Source: Selaginella moellendorffii
Lineage: Eukaryota > Plantae > Lycopodiophyta
Direction: 5' to 3'
NCBI RefSeq assembly: GCF_000143415.4
Contig: NW_003314300.1
Coordinates: 387,581-451,580, forward strand
DNA length: 64,000 bases
This document shows positions 1-10,990 of this stretch, one piece after another. Both the position numbers and the translations under genes were made by a program. Every line of letters begins with the position of its first letter. Position 1 is the first letter of the stretch. Under the pieces are notes generated by a model. The model saw only the letters and a list, made by a program, of their open reading frames with translations, was not told where the DNA came from and did not search any database.

Positions 1-308
1 CAATCAATTGCAGAGGATAGCGATTCCAAACAGTGAAGTCGATCACCAGACTGCCGTCCTAAGATGCTCCAGTTGCAAAATTCTCCTCAATATCGTACTG
101 GCAGTTGACCCTTTGACTCTTGTAAAAGTCAACATAGTATTATCTTCAAATTATGTGAGCTCATTCCTTAGACACCACATTTTCTTAACAACTAAGTTTG
201 TTTAACAGGTGTCAAGCTCAAAGCTACGTGTTGGAATCGACGTAGAACAGGTTTTCTTTCATCCCGAGAGCCCTCCCCCAAACTAGCTGAGAGATCCTTC
301 CATCCCAA

Positions 309-1664
309 ATGGTGAGGTCGGTGCCCGCCAATGAGAATCACATTCCTTCCGCAGTTGCCAGGCGAAGTGTTGCTTCCGGTAAGAAACTCGAATACAGAAA
401 AGATCTCTATACGAATGCATTGCTCCAGCATGGAAGAGCTACGCCATAGCAGCGACACTGGGTGTTCTTCTCTCGTGGGCTTACTTGTCTGGAGTGAAGG
501 CTCCGCCTCCTCGAATTTGCGGGCAGCCGAATGGACCTCCAGTGACCGCTCCAAGGATTGTTCTTAGTGATGGTAGAAAATTGGCTTACAGTGAAAGAGG
601 GGTTCCAAAGGAACAAGCAAAACACAAACTCATTGTTGTGCATGGCCTTGACGGGTCCAGGCACCAATCCCTTTCACTGGTATCACAGGTATGGTTTCTA
701 GGATTTTCCAAGATCGGTTTCAAGAATGAAACAAGCAACTCTTCTCATTAACTTCCACCGTGTTTTCTAGGAGCTTCTCGAGGAGCTGAGTGTGTACATG
801 GTGTCTTACGATCGAGCCGGTTATGGACAGAGCGACCCAAATCCAACACGAACCGTGAAGTCGGAGGCTTTCGACGTTGAAGAATTCACAGACCAACTTG
901 AGCTGGGACCAAAGTTTTACTTGGCATCTATCTCGATTGGAGGCTACACCGCTTGGTCTTGCCTTTACTACATCCCCCACAGGTAAAACGTTAATTCCAT
1001 ATTAGTTCTTTTCGTTTCGTTGTTCGGAGAACTAACTTTTCGCTATAGATTGGCTGGAGTTTTGATGTTCTCGCCCGTCACAAACTTTTGGTGGTCGAGG
1101 CTCCCATCCCGGGAAGCCTACAATGCGTTTCACACGCAGGCCATTGGAGACAAGCTCGCGCTGCTCGTCGCTCACTACACCCCCTCCTTCCTCTACTTTT
1201 GGATGACACAAAAACTCCTCCCAACCTCGAGCACCATGGGAGCGCTCCACTTACATTGCAACCCAATGGACAGGGACACAATACTCGGAGGAAAACCGGA
1301 TCCTGCTGTAAGTTTCAATACTCCCGATTGTTTCTATGATACTCATGTAGTTTTCATCGTCCAGATTGCCGAAGAGGCAATGCAGCAAGGGATCTTCGAG
1401 TCGAAAATTCGTGACAAGATGGTCATGTTTGGCAACTGGGAGTTCGACCCCTCGGACGTCCCGGATCCATTCCCGAGCAAGAATGGGTCGGTCCACATAT
1501 GGCAGGGTGACGAAGACTATCTCGTCCCTGTGGCGTTGCAGCGCTATGTCCATCGATCCCTCCCGTGGATCCAGTATCATGAGCTTGCCGGGGTTGGGCA
1601 TTTGCTCCATGCTGCGCCGGGTGTGACTGAGAAAGCATTTCGCCAGCTCTTCCAATCATCCTGA
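309..1664 (+). CDS. Alpha/beta-hydrolase fold protein with N-terminal membrane anchor (multi-exon)
   Basis: Spliced model starts MVRSVPANENH... (ATG 309; GT intron from 379, AG at 428). It continues through PPPRICG..GPPVTAPRI.LSDGRKLAY.E.GVP, VHG, YDRAGYGQSDPNP, nucleophile elbow SISIGG, and WQGDED/GVGH acid-His motifs, as in plant ABH family 1. Confidence 0.9.
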
Positions 1665-1840
1665 TACCCAATGAATACATCACTGTGTATGTCAACATAC
1701 GCTAATTTACAAAAATGTTTTACGGCCTTTCATTGACTTTGCATTGACTTTACATTGACCATGTTGACTTTCATAGAGCTTCAGGAGCAAAGGCTGGAAT
1801 CTTAGCGTTCCAGCTTCTCGGGAGCAATGCTCTTGCTTTT

Positions 1841-4030
1841 TCAAACGCTGGCCAGCAAGAGATCATACCCAGCGCCATCCCTGGCATCCATCCTCACCAG
1901 ATTCTCAAACGCGGCTCTGGCGAGATCATAGCTCTCCCACCGCCGGCAAGAGCTCAAGATCGTCCTCCACGCCACCGCATTCGCCCGGAAGGGCATCGAT
2001 CGCAGCAGCTCCACCGCGGCATCCAGCTCGTTGGCTCGACCCAAGAGATCCACCATGCACACGTAGTGCTCCATCTCCGGCTCCACGCCATACCTCTCCG
2101 CCATCGCCGCGAAGAACTCCTTCCCCTTCTCCACCAGCCCGCCGTGGCTACACGCCGCCAGCACGCTCTGGATCGTCACGGCGTTGGGCGCCACTCCGTC
2201 CTCGACCATCGCTCCAAACAGCGCGATCGCGCGCTGGGACTCGCGGCTGTGGGCGGTGATGATCGACGTCCACGCGATCACGCCTCTGGATCCAGCGCCA
2301 TCGAAGACGCGATCCGCGAGGAGGAGAGCTCCACACTTTCCATACGCGTCCACCAGCGCCGCCACTAGAATCTCCTCCTCCGCCAGCCCCGACCGGCAAA
2401 TCTCGCCATGGATCACTCGCGCGGCGTCCAACGCCGCCGCCATCGCCGCCGCCTTGAGCCCCGCCGCGTAGCAGTGAGCGTCCGGCGCGATGGAGCTCGC
2501 GCTCGCGAGGATCATGCTCCAGAAGAGATCCAGCGCCGCTCCAGCCTCGCCACTCTCGCAGCACGCCAGCAGCAGCGACGTGATCGCCACCACGTCGCAG
2601 CGATCGATCGACTGGAAAGCTCGCCGCGCGTCGTCCAAGCTCCCACACTTGGAGTAGAGATCCACAAGCGAGCTCGCCACCTTGCTCGAGACGTCTAAAG
2701 CTCGGGAGTGGAGCTCCATCCCTCTCTCCAGAGCTCCAAGCTTGACGAGCTTGCCCTCGTCCATCTCCACGCTCTCCTCACGGGCCGCCATAGCCATGCA
2801 AGCTTTGAGCGCTGGAAGAAGAATCGAGCCACTGCCGCCACCGCCGCCACTTGGATCTTGTCTCATCCATTCAAGAGCTAGCTCCACGGCGAGCTCAGGC
2901 GCCTCGTTCTCCGCATAGCCGAGCACCAAAACGTTCCACGACACGGAAGTGTGAGCCGGCATCCTATCGAAAACCCGGCGAGCATCGACCAAGCTTCCAC
3001 ACTTTGCGTACATTCCCAGCAAGCTGTTGGCCACGAAGGTGTCCGAGTCTTGTGAAGATCTCGCTGCCTGAGAGTGAATCGCCATCCCGGTTTCCAAAGC
3101 TTCCAGCTTTCTTGCATCAAACGCTCGGGAGCTTCTTGCCAAGACTGTCTTTCTTCCATCAACCTGGGCGCTCTTTCCCGGGAGAGTTTCCATCCTTCTT
3201 CCATCGATCTGTGAGCTATCTTCCTGTTGAGAGCTCCTTGCCGAGGCTTCCATCTTCCTCCCATCCATCTGCGGCTTTCTTTCTGCCTTTGTTCTGTCTC
3301 TCTGCAAGGCGATTGTCGTGCAAGCCTTGAGAGCAGCGACGAAAGCTCGAGCGTTGGGAGCGCAGCCCCGGCGTTGCATGCTCCCAAACAGCTCAAGCGC
3401 CGTCTCTCCCTGCCCGTTGTCCGCGTAGCCGAGCATGAGAGCGGTGTAAGTCACAACGTCGCAGCTGGGCATCTTGTCGAAAACTCGCCGAGCCAGCACC
3501 AAGCTCCCACACTTTGCGTACATGTCCACGAGACTGCTCGTCACAAAAGCGTCCGACTCGCAGTGCACCATCGCTGCCTGTGAGTGAATTTCGAGGCCTT
3601 GCTCCAGAGCTCGCAACTTCAAACGAGCTCCGTCGCGACTTTGTTGCTCAGCTTCTTTCGCTGCCAAGTTACTGCAAGCTCTGAGGGCGGCCACGAAAGT
3701 TCCAGCATTTGGAGCGTAGCCTCCGAGTTTCATGTGGAAGAAGAGCTTGAGAGCGAGCTCTTCTTCGCCATTGCTTGCGTATCCCAGCATGAGAGCGTTC
3801 CAGAGAACCGTGTCCTGGTTGAGAGTCGAGTCGAAAACCTTTCGTGCCTCCCCCATGCTCTCGCATTTTGCGTACATGTTGATCAAGGAGGTGGCGATGA
3901 ATGTGTCCGACTGCAGCCCGATCTCGGTGGCTCGAGAGTGAAGGATTTTTCCCGTGCGGAGGTCTCTTGAGCTCGTGCATACCTTCAGCGCAGCAAGTAA
4001 CTTGGATCTCGCTGCTCCGTTTGCAAGCAT
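1841..4030 (-). CDS. PLS-class pentatricopeptide repeat protein with E domain, no DYW
   Basis: Intronless ORF with repeated SLVDMYAKCGSL..ARRVFD.M...D.V.W..L..GYA motifs and C-terminal LAACSHGGLV...EHYVCMVDLLGRA...MPF...W..ILSSC. The first in-frame ATG is at 4030. Confidence 0.9.
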   Translation of the reverse strand: MLANGAARSKLLAALKVCTSSRDLRTGKILHSRATEIGLQSDTFIATSLINMYAKCESMGEARKVFDSTLNQDTVLWNALMLGYASNGEEELALKLFFHMKLGGYAPNAGTFVAALRACSNLAAKEAEQQSRDGARLKLRALEQGLEIHSQAAMVHCESDAFVTSSLVDMYAKCGSLVLARRVFDKMPSCDVVTYTALMLGYADNGQGETALELFGSMQRRGCAPNARAFVAALKACTTIALQRDRTKAERKPQMDGRKMEASARSSQQEDSSQIDGRRMETLPGKSAQVDGRKTVLARSSRAFDARKLEALETGMAIHSQAARSSQDSDTFVANSLLGMYAKCGSLVDARRVFDRMPAHTSVSWNVLVLGYAENEAPELAVELALEWMRQDPSGGGGGSGSILLPALKACMAMAAREESVEMDEGKLVKLGALERGMELHSRALDVSSKVASSLVDLYSKCGSLDDARRAFQSIDRCDVVAITSLLLACCESGEAGAALDLFWSMILASASSIAPDAHCYAAGLKAAAMAAALDAARVIHGEICRSGLAEEEILVAALVDAYGKCGALLLADRVFDGAGSRGVIAWTSIITAHSRESQRAIALFGAMVEDGVAPNAVTIQSVLAACSHGGLVEKGKEFFAAMAERYGVEPEMEHYVCMVDLLGRANELDAAVELLRSMPFRANAVAWRTILSSCRRWESYDLARAAFENLVRMDARDGAGYDLLLASV

Positions 4031-4280
4031 ACAAGGATGCAAAGGCTGCAAAACAAAGACATGACAAAATTCACCAATGCTTTAGCTGAATGAAAGTGCA
4101 AGGTACCTATATCACTGTTGAAGGCATTTGGGTCGAAGCAGCGCAATCCAAAAGAGCAGCAAAACTTCATCAATCTGCAACAAAACCCTAGAGAAGTTCC
4201 TCCAACAGAAGTCTTAGTCTTTGTTGTCAATCTTTCAATTAAGAGATTAAATAAAAGAATCGTCTTGAAGTACCTATCTT

Positions 4281-6004
4281 TCACTCTGCGATGGAAATTG
4301 CAACCGCAGTTCCGATTCCACAGGTTAATGCAAACAGCTGGAGCAATGTGCTCTTGATAGAGCTTCCTTGCTGATGCATTTCAGGTATAACTCCTGCCAA
4401 GGAGATGTACAAAAAGCCTCCGGCCGTGAACGCCTGCAAGAGTTTCTAAAAGTCAGTTGCGGTCCATCTCGTAAGATTTTAATACCTCAATCACTGATGA
4501 CTGCTCGGGATTGGCCCCAAAAACCAGCGCCTGGATTGAGTTTCAACCATATGAACACCACAAAACCGAAATGGCTAGCTAGCTACACATACCACGGCAG
4601 TGCCAGCCAAAGCAACCAACGCAGACAAAAAGTTGAATGCCAAAGCCTTGAAAACAGTGAAGCCAGATCTTACAAGAATTCCAAAATCTCCAACCTGAAA
4701 TATACGAGCAATTAAGAAAGCAGCAATGCCAGGAGAGTTATAACCTCTTGAGGAAGCTCGTGGACAAGAAGGAAGAACGTTCTGGACCAACCTCCTTTTG
4801 TTCCATATAGAAGAAAAGCTGCTCCTATCGCCATTCCGTCGGTGAAGTTATGCTGCAAAAATAACGAGCTTAAAGTATGATACGAGCATTCCAAACCATA
4901 CCACTCCGTCGGAGAACAGGTTCAGATAACCCAGCACAAGTTTAGATCCATCAGCGTTCTTCTGTGCTTTTTTCTTCTTGGAATTTTTTGGAGGGATCTT
5001 TTCAGTTTCCTGAAGCGAAGTTTGTTCGTTGAGGAGAAACAAAAGAGCTTCAGGAAAAACTTACAGAACTTTTGTCGGAATCAGGTGCTTTACCATCATT
5101 TTTTTTGGGATGGTGGTGATGTGAATGCGAAGTTTGAAAACCGTGCTCCTCGACGTAGCGCACTATCTTCTCAACCATGAAGAACAGTAAAATTCCGGCT
5201 GCGCAAAAGCATATTACTGTTATCAGAAAACTTCTTACAACAATTTTACGTACCGAGAACACAAAGTCCAGTTGAGATCTCCTTAAGCGAATGAGCGTGA
5301 CCTCCGTTATCATGATCGTGTGAATGATGGGAATGAGAGTGCGAATGCGTAGAATGGCTTGAATCTCCAAACGCGTGAGGCAGCTGGTGGAGGAACGCAT
5401 CGCCCATCATGGCACCTCCCTGCCGGTAAAATTCTAAGACACGTTCTAAGAAACCACGTTTAAGAACTTACTCCAAATGCCGCCAAAGTGTTCACAAAAT
5501 TCGCAGGAGGAGGTCCTTTAGCTGCAAAGATCGAGCTGGTGTTAGAGAAAAAAAGTTCCATGCAAAGGAAAAAAAGAAGCTCATCGTACAGGAAATCAAA
5601 GGGACCGTCGCGAGACAGATGAGAGAAACCAGGCTCACCAATAACGAACTTCCCATCGCGTAAGCCCAGAGCTCTACAGAGGAAAACAAATAGAGCATTA
5701 AACCCTACGCTATAACCCATACTACAAACATACCAAATTTCGAGAGCTCGCTCCTGGAATCCTCAAACTCCGAGCTGCCGAATCCAAAGCGCTTGAGATC
5801 CTCCTCTTCCGCGAGCTCCTCCGGTAGCAGACTGTGGTCGTCGTGATGATGATCATGCGAAGAATGTGAATGAGCATGGTCGCGGGAGTGATGATGCCCG
5901 CCATGGCTGCAAGAATGCGAATGCTCGCGCTCGTGAGCTGCGGCGAGGAGAGATCCGCTCGCTGCCGAGACGACGACGAGCAAAACGAGGAATGCGCGCT
6001 CCAT
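4281..6004 (-). CDS. IAR1: ZIP-family (LIV-1/ZIP7/IAR1-type) metal transporter, multi-exon
   Basis: Signal peptide MERAFLVLL, His-rich N-terminus, HNFTDGMAIG and HELPQEVGDF motifs, and C-terminal AFTAGGFLYISLAGVIPEM...AISIAE* (stop 4281-4283). Confidence 0.9.
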
Positions 6005-6050
6005 CGCGCATCTAGGGCTCCTCCTCTCGAGCAGGGAAATAAAAAACCAG

Positions 6051-6123
6051 TGACCACGGTGGGATTCGAACCCACGACCTTTGGATTCGAAGTCCAGCGC
6101 GCTATCCACTGCGCTACACGGCC
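6051..6123 (-). tRNA. tRNA-Arg(UCG)
   Basis: Minus strand reads GGCCGTGTAGCGCAGTGGATAGCGCGCTGGACTTCGAATCCAAAGGTCGTGGGTTCGAATCCCACCGTGGTCA (73 nt). It has A and B boxes, anticodon loop CTTCGAA, and a downstream T-run Pol III terminator. Confidence 0.93.
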
Positions 6124-6894
6124 TGGCGGAGATCATGGCAAACTGCCAAACTCCCGCCGGCTGAGCCCCTTGGTCAATTTAGTCAACTCTTGGCCCAGTC
6201 AAACGAATTCCAAGAGGAGAGAAAGAGAAATCTAGGTCTTGCTCGCCCACCGCTTCGTGAAATTTTGATCTGGGCACTCCAACAAGAGGCGAAGAACACC
6301 ACATTGAGGTACTCGCGCGTGAATTCTTAGCTTGGATTGTTCTGGCTTGAATACATTTCTTCCCACATGATCTCTACAAAACTTTGTTTTCCAGGTAGAT
6401 TCTCGTAGAAAGTACGCGCTTCGAAAGAAATGCGCACGAATTCTCTACGCTAAGAAACGCTGTCTACTTTTCTCCATAAGTATCTCGTCGTCTCCATTTC
6501 TTTCCCAATTTCCACTCGAGGTACGCTATCCTTTGGTCAAAAGCTTCTTTTTTTTCCTTCTTCCTCTTTTGTTCGTGCGTAAGCACTACGTAAGTGTGAT
6601 CGAGAGATCTCTCGCATGGTTTGGCAGTGAATTCGTGTGCTTGTGTGTGTGTTGCTACCATTGACGGTGGCTGTCGCTGTGGCCCCTCCTTCCACTTTGT
6701 CCTTTCTTCCACTCAGTGGAGAACATCTCATTCGTTTTCTGGCGAGAGCTAAAGTTGTGGAGCGATAGCCTGTGCGTGTGTGTGTGTGTGTACTTTTGTT
6801 CCTCTTCCTAAGGCTGCGCCCCCTTTGTTTCTCATTGTTTTTGCTCGTCCCCCTTTTCAACAGGCTCCGGGTTTCCATCGTCGCTGCGCAGAAA

Positions 6895-7486
6895 ATGGCT
6901 TCTTTTCGCAAGATAGTGCTTGCATCACTACTATCATGCTTGCTCCTCGCCGCTGTTGCCACTGAAACCGAAGGTAGAGCGAGCCTTTCTCTCTTTTGTT
7001 TTCTCCTTTTTTACTCTAGAACCGATTGTGTTCCTGATTCTTCCGTGGAATTCTAGCAGATGAGAGCTTGGTGGCAGCACAGGACCAGGTAAAAACTCTT
7101 GTTTTCTCGTTTTTTCGTACTGTTCTTTAGCCGCGTGATAGGATCTCTTTTAACTTTCATTCGTTCGTATTGCATAATCTCACCCCCACTGTGTCTTCGC
7201 CTTTCGAGACTAGTAGATGAGGTAAAAAGCTCTTTTTCTTTTTGCTGCGTTTCGCCACTGTTCTTCGCGTAATCTCCAGTTATTAAAGCTCTTCGTTTTC
7301 GCCAAAGAACTTATACTTCCTATTCTTCAGGCTCTTAACTTCGACCGTGGATTCGCCATGGAACAGATGCTATCACGGATCCAGAGCAAAAAGCTTCGTC
7401 GCGAGAGAAACTTGGTCCACACAAACGACTACGCCGATCCATCGCCAAACACCGATCCAAAGCGCGGCCCGCCGAAATCAGGATAA
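6895..7486 (+). CDS. Small secreted PSY-like tyrosine-sulfated peptide precursor
   Basis: Exons 6895-6973, 7057/7060-7088 and 7331-7486 give signal peptide MASFRKIVLASLLSCLLLAAVA... and C-terminal ...RRERNLVHTNDYADPSPNTDPKRGPPKSG*. DYxDPSxN matches the PSY motif. Confidence 0.8.
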
Positions 7487-7834
7487 GTATAGAACTCGTT
7501 GGAAGCGCGTGTAAATTTACTCTACGCGGATATCAAGTCCATGGTTGTTTTATACATGGCTGACTCTTTGGCTTCCTCAAAGGAAGCATAGTGTGTTTTG
7601 CTGGCCAGCATCAACAATGAATCTATAATATACAAATGGTTTGTGGCTTATAATGCTGGTAGAATAGTGTTCTATCAATTTATAAGCAGCAGCTTGCAGA
7701 GAGGCCAGCCACAATATATGACCACTTTGATGGTGTGAGCTGACCGAGTGGAACAAGTGCTGTTGTAAGAGCTAGGGAGAGCTAGGGAGAGTTTAAATGT
7801 GAGTGTGGAGCTTCCGGAGAAGCATAGAGAAAGC

Positions 7835-8196
7835 ATGGGCGTGTTTGCGAGAAGCATGCGTTTGCTCGTTTGTCTCATGATCTTTGCTGCAGTGTTGATC
7901 TCACAAGCTGAAGTTGAAGCTTTCAAGGATGGAACAAAAGGTAACTTTTTCCGTGGTGTTCTTCCTGCTAAGATGAATGCAAGCTTAAAAAGAGTCTCTT
8001 TTGTTGCTCACAGTGGATAAGGGTTCTTTGCCAAGGAAGGTTGTGAGGAATTTCAAAATGCTGGTAAGTTCATTCTCAGATCTTTTGAGATGTTTAAAAT
8101 CTGTGGAGCCTTGTTCTGCACTTGCAGGAAGATAAGAAGTACCATTCAATTCATGTCACTGATTACGATGACCCTTCACACAACACACGGCCATGA
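7835..8196 (+). CDS. Small secreted PSY-like tyrosine-sulfated peptide precursor
   Basis: Exons 7835-7940, 8014-8063 and 8128-8196 splice in frame to 74 aa: signal peptide ... EDKKYHSIHVTDYDDPSHNTRP*. Confidence 0.8.
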
Positions 8197-9519
8197 TAAG
8201 AGAAAGAACTCGGACCCCCACTGTCTTTCAACTCCTTGTTCTCCCCTTCGACTATCTTTTGTCCTCGTAACTGAGTTTAACAAAATCAATGTTCAGAATA
8301 TTCTATGAAGATTTATAATTCTTACATGCTTAAGAATAATCGAAATCCCTAGTAGTATAGTTATGAACTCTTTAAATTCAATATGACATATGATACAGTG
8401 GATTACAGTATGTTATATATATAGTTAGTATTAGAAAATAGTATGCAAAGATGGATTTGTTTTTGTCACAACAAGAAATGAATTTACTTAATTTACAATT
8501 TTTTGTCCAAAAAAAATATTAATTTTTTTTAAAAAAATATGACATATATTTTTGTTGTAATCATTAATTAAAGCTTATAACTCGAGGAGTTAATACTTTT
8601 TGGCTCCATGCCTAAAATAAAATATGAAGATATATTTATATATTTTTAACACATACTTTAGTAGACCTTTCAATATAGTAATTATATATATTATGTAAAT
8701 TAAATAAATTTTAATATTACTTAATTCAAAATATATTATATAACTTGATAATTTTACTAAATCTTTCTATTGGTATTGATACCAAGATTTCTTTTAGGAA
8801 AGTTTTTGAATTTGACGTTTGATGTATTGAATATTTTTTATAATTTTCTATATTTAGAATATTTAATATAAAAATCATTAACTTTTGATTCTGTATATAA
8901 TAATAATAATGATTATATTAATTTAATTTTGATTTGATCAATAAACAAAATCACTATGGTGATTTGATGTGAATTTGAAGGTAATATTTAAATTTCTTGA
9001 GATCACTCTTTACATAAATATAAATAAATAATAATTATTTTTATGCTGTCAGATGGGGTGCTTAATTCATAAAAGTTTTGCTAAATCAACTAAGCTTTAG
9101 CCCTTAAATAATAGATTTTTTTTAGATATTTAATTAAATATAACCTTCATATAGATTTTACTTGAAAAAACATTAAAGGTCATATTTATTTAATTATATT
9201 TCATCATCTATAAAAAATAAATATCTAAATATTTAAATTTCTAATCTTTAAGAGAACATATTTTATGTTGTTTTTTTTGAAACTAAATAAAAGTAACTCA
9301 TAAGCAAGAGTTTAATCAAAAATTAGTATTTTAGATTATTAAATTATTTATATTTATTAATATTTAATGAATATCGTCCAAGTACTTTTAATAATTTTTA
9401 TGTTTTAAAAAATTAAAACTTCTTAGAATCGGTTATCTATTTTAAACATCAATAAATCCTCTATTTTAACTTATTTAAAAGGAAAACAAAATTCTTGAGT
9501 TTCTATTGTTTTGGGAGTG

Positions 9520-10358
9520 TCATCTCCTTCTATCATTGTCTCTTAATCGCCTGCCATCATCATCAACACGGCTCTCCCTTCTCGGAGATCTCTTCCGAGA
9601 CTCTAAACGATGCCTTTCACCTCTCGACTCGTCGTGTCGATCGTGTTTCCACTTTGTCTCGTCGTCCGCTCCCCATCCAGTGTTCTTGTTCCTCTGAAGA
9701 AACAAGTTAAAGAGACAAATGTAAACATCTGAACGATTCAACTCACGTTTTCGTCGTGTGAGAACTTGCAGGAATCGCCCCGGCTACAGCTTCCGCGCTG
9801 GAACTCGTAGCAAACACCGTTTTCTTCTCGTTTCTTCTGCCGCTCTTCCTCGTCTTCCTCTTCTTTCTTCCGATACTTTCTCACATGATCCACACGCAGC
9901 GTGCGTCCAGCGACTTGAGCTCCATTCAGATTATCTGTGCATCAAATCATCAATCAACCAGAAAGTTTCGGAAAAAATCCAGAGAAACTTACTCACCCAC
10001 GGCAAGTGTGGTGCTTCGTTGATCTTCGTACGCGAGAAATCCATAGCCCTTTGATTTCCCGGTACCTTTGTCGCGAATTAAATTCACATCCACAACTTCG
10101 CCGTACCTATCCCCCCCCCCCCCCCCCCCCCAAACAATCGATAAGAGCGAAGAAGCATAGAGATCTAAACGAAAGAATCACTTACTGTGCAAACACCGCA
10201 AGAATATCGCCCTCGTTGAGCTCGTACGCTAGCCCGCCAAAGAAAATGTAGGCCGAATCCTTGTACTCGGCGTGCCAGGATGCAGACTCGGCGATCCCAG
10301 ACGCACTCTCCCGGGCAGTGATCTTCTGGAGATTCTTCACCTGCGTCAAGGGATTCAT
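9520..10358 (-). CDS. RBMX2/Snu17(IST3)-like RRM + CCCH zinc-finger splicing factor (RES complex)
   Basis: Spliced translation: MNPLTQVKNLQKI...SWHAEYKDSAYIFFGGLAYELNEGDILAVFAQ|YGEVVDVNLIRDKGTGKSKGYGFLAYEDQRSTTLAV|DNLNGAQVAGRTLRVDHV...CYEFQRGSCSRGDSCKFSH, followed by an R/D-rich tail. Confidence 0.92.
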
Positions 10359-10626
10359 CCCTCAAGAACCCTAATTTCAAGAACCCTAACACAAAGGGCA
10401 AAAGTGGGTTTATAAGAATATGCGAATCTTAGTTAAAGATTCGCCCTCCACTTTAGCTAACACGTGAGTGACGTACGGCGCGCTCGATCGTGGAGCTTTA
10501 AACAAAGGCTAGCTAGAACACGAAAAAAAAGAGACTAGAACGCGGCTAGCGCGAAGTCAAATAAATGAAAATGGAGGAGCTTCTCATTGTTTGTTCCTTG
10601 GATCTTCTCATCTTTCGTATAAGATC

Positions 10627-10912
10627 ATGGCAGCGCAGCAGCGTTTACTTGCGATCATTCTCTTGGCGATCCTGGTGGGAATTTCGCTGCTAGCAAATTC
10701 CATCTCTGGAGCTGAAGCTCGTCCACTGGATCATCAAGGTCTGTGTGAACTTTTCACAATGTTTTCCCTTGAAGATCTTCCATACTTTGTTCTTCCCAGA
10801 CGATCACTATCGTTCTCTCGTCGAGGAAGACGGGGACTACGCACCGACGTCGAACCAGAGAGATTTCCAGAAGAGCCACGGACCTGTGTCTTCCAAACAT
10901 CCTGGAAACTAG
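10627..10912 (+). CDS. Small secreted Asp-Tyr peptide precursor (divergent PSY/RGF-like)
   Basis: Exons 10627-10738 and 10800-10912: signal peptide ending AEA-RPL, then DDHYRSLVEEDGDYAPTSNQRDFQKSHGPVSSKHPGN*. Confidence 0.7.
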
Positions 10913-10990
10913 AGAGTAAGCTCTACACTGTGTCCATCCAGTACCTGGTTTTTCCTGTGAAAATCTATGTAGACTATTTCTTCAAGTGTT

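Noticed and set aside
920-945. Non-canonical nucleophile elbow SISIGG in the hydrolase as a sign of inactivity
   Set aside because: The central Ser, Asp and His are all present, and small-residue variation at the first position is common.
4107-4170. Upstream coding exon MKFCCSFGL... for the PPR gene
   Set aside because: Donor phase (1) does not match the acceptor at 4045 (phase 0).
7209-7221. Possible micro-exon in the first PSY-like gene
   Set aside because: Candidate lengths (5, 8, 13 nt) break the frame, whereas direct splicing 7088 to 7331 is in frame.
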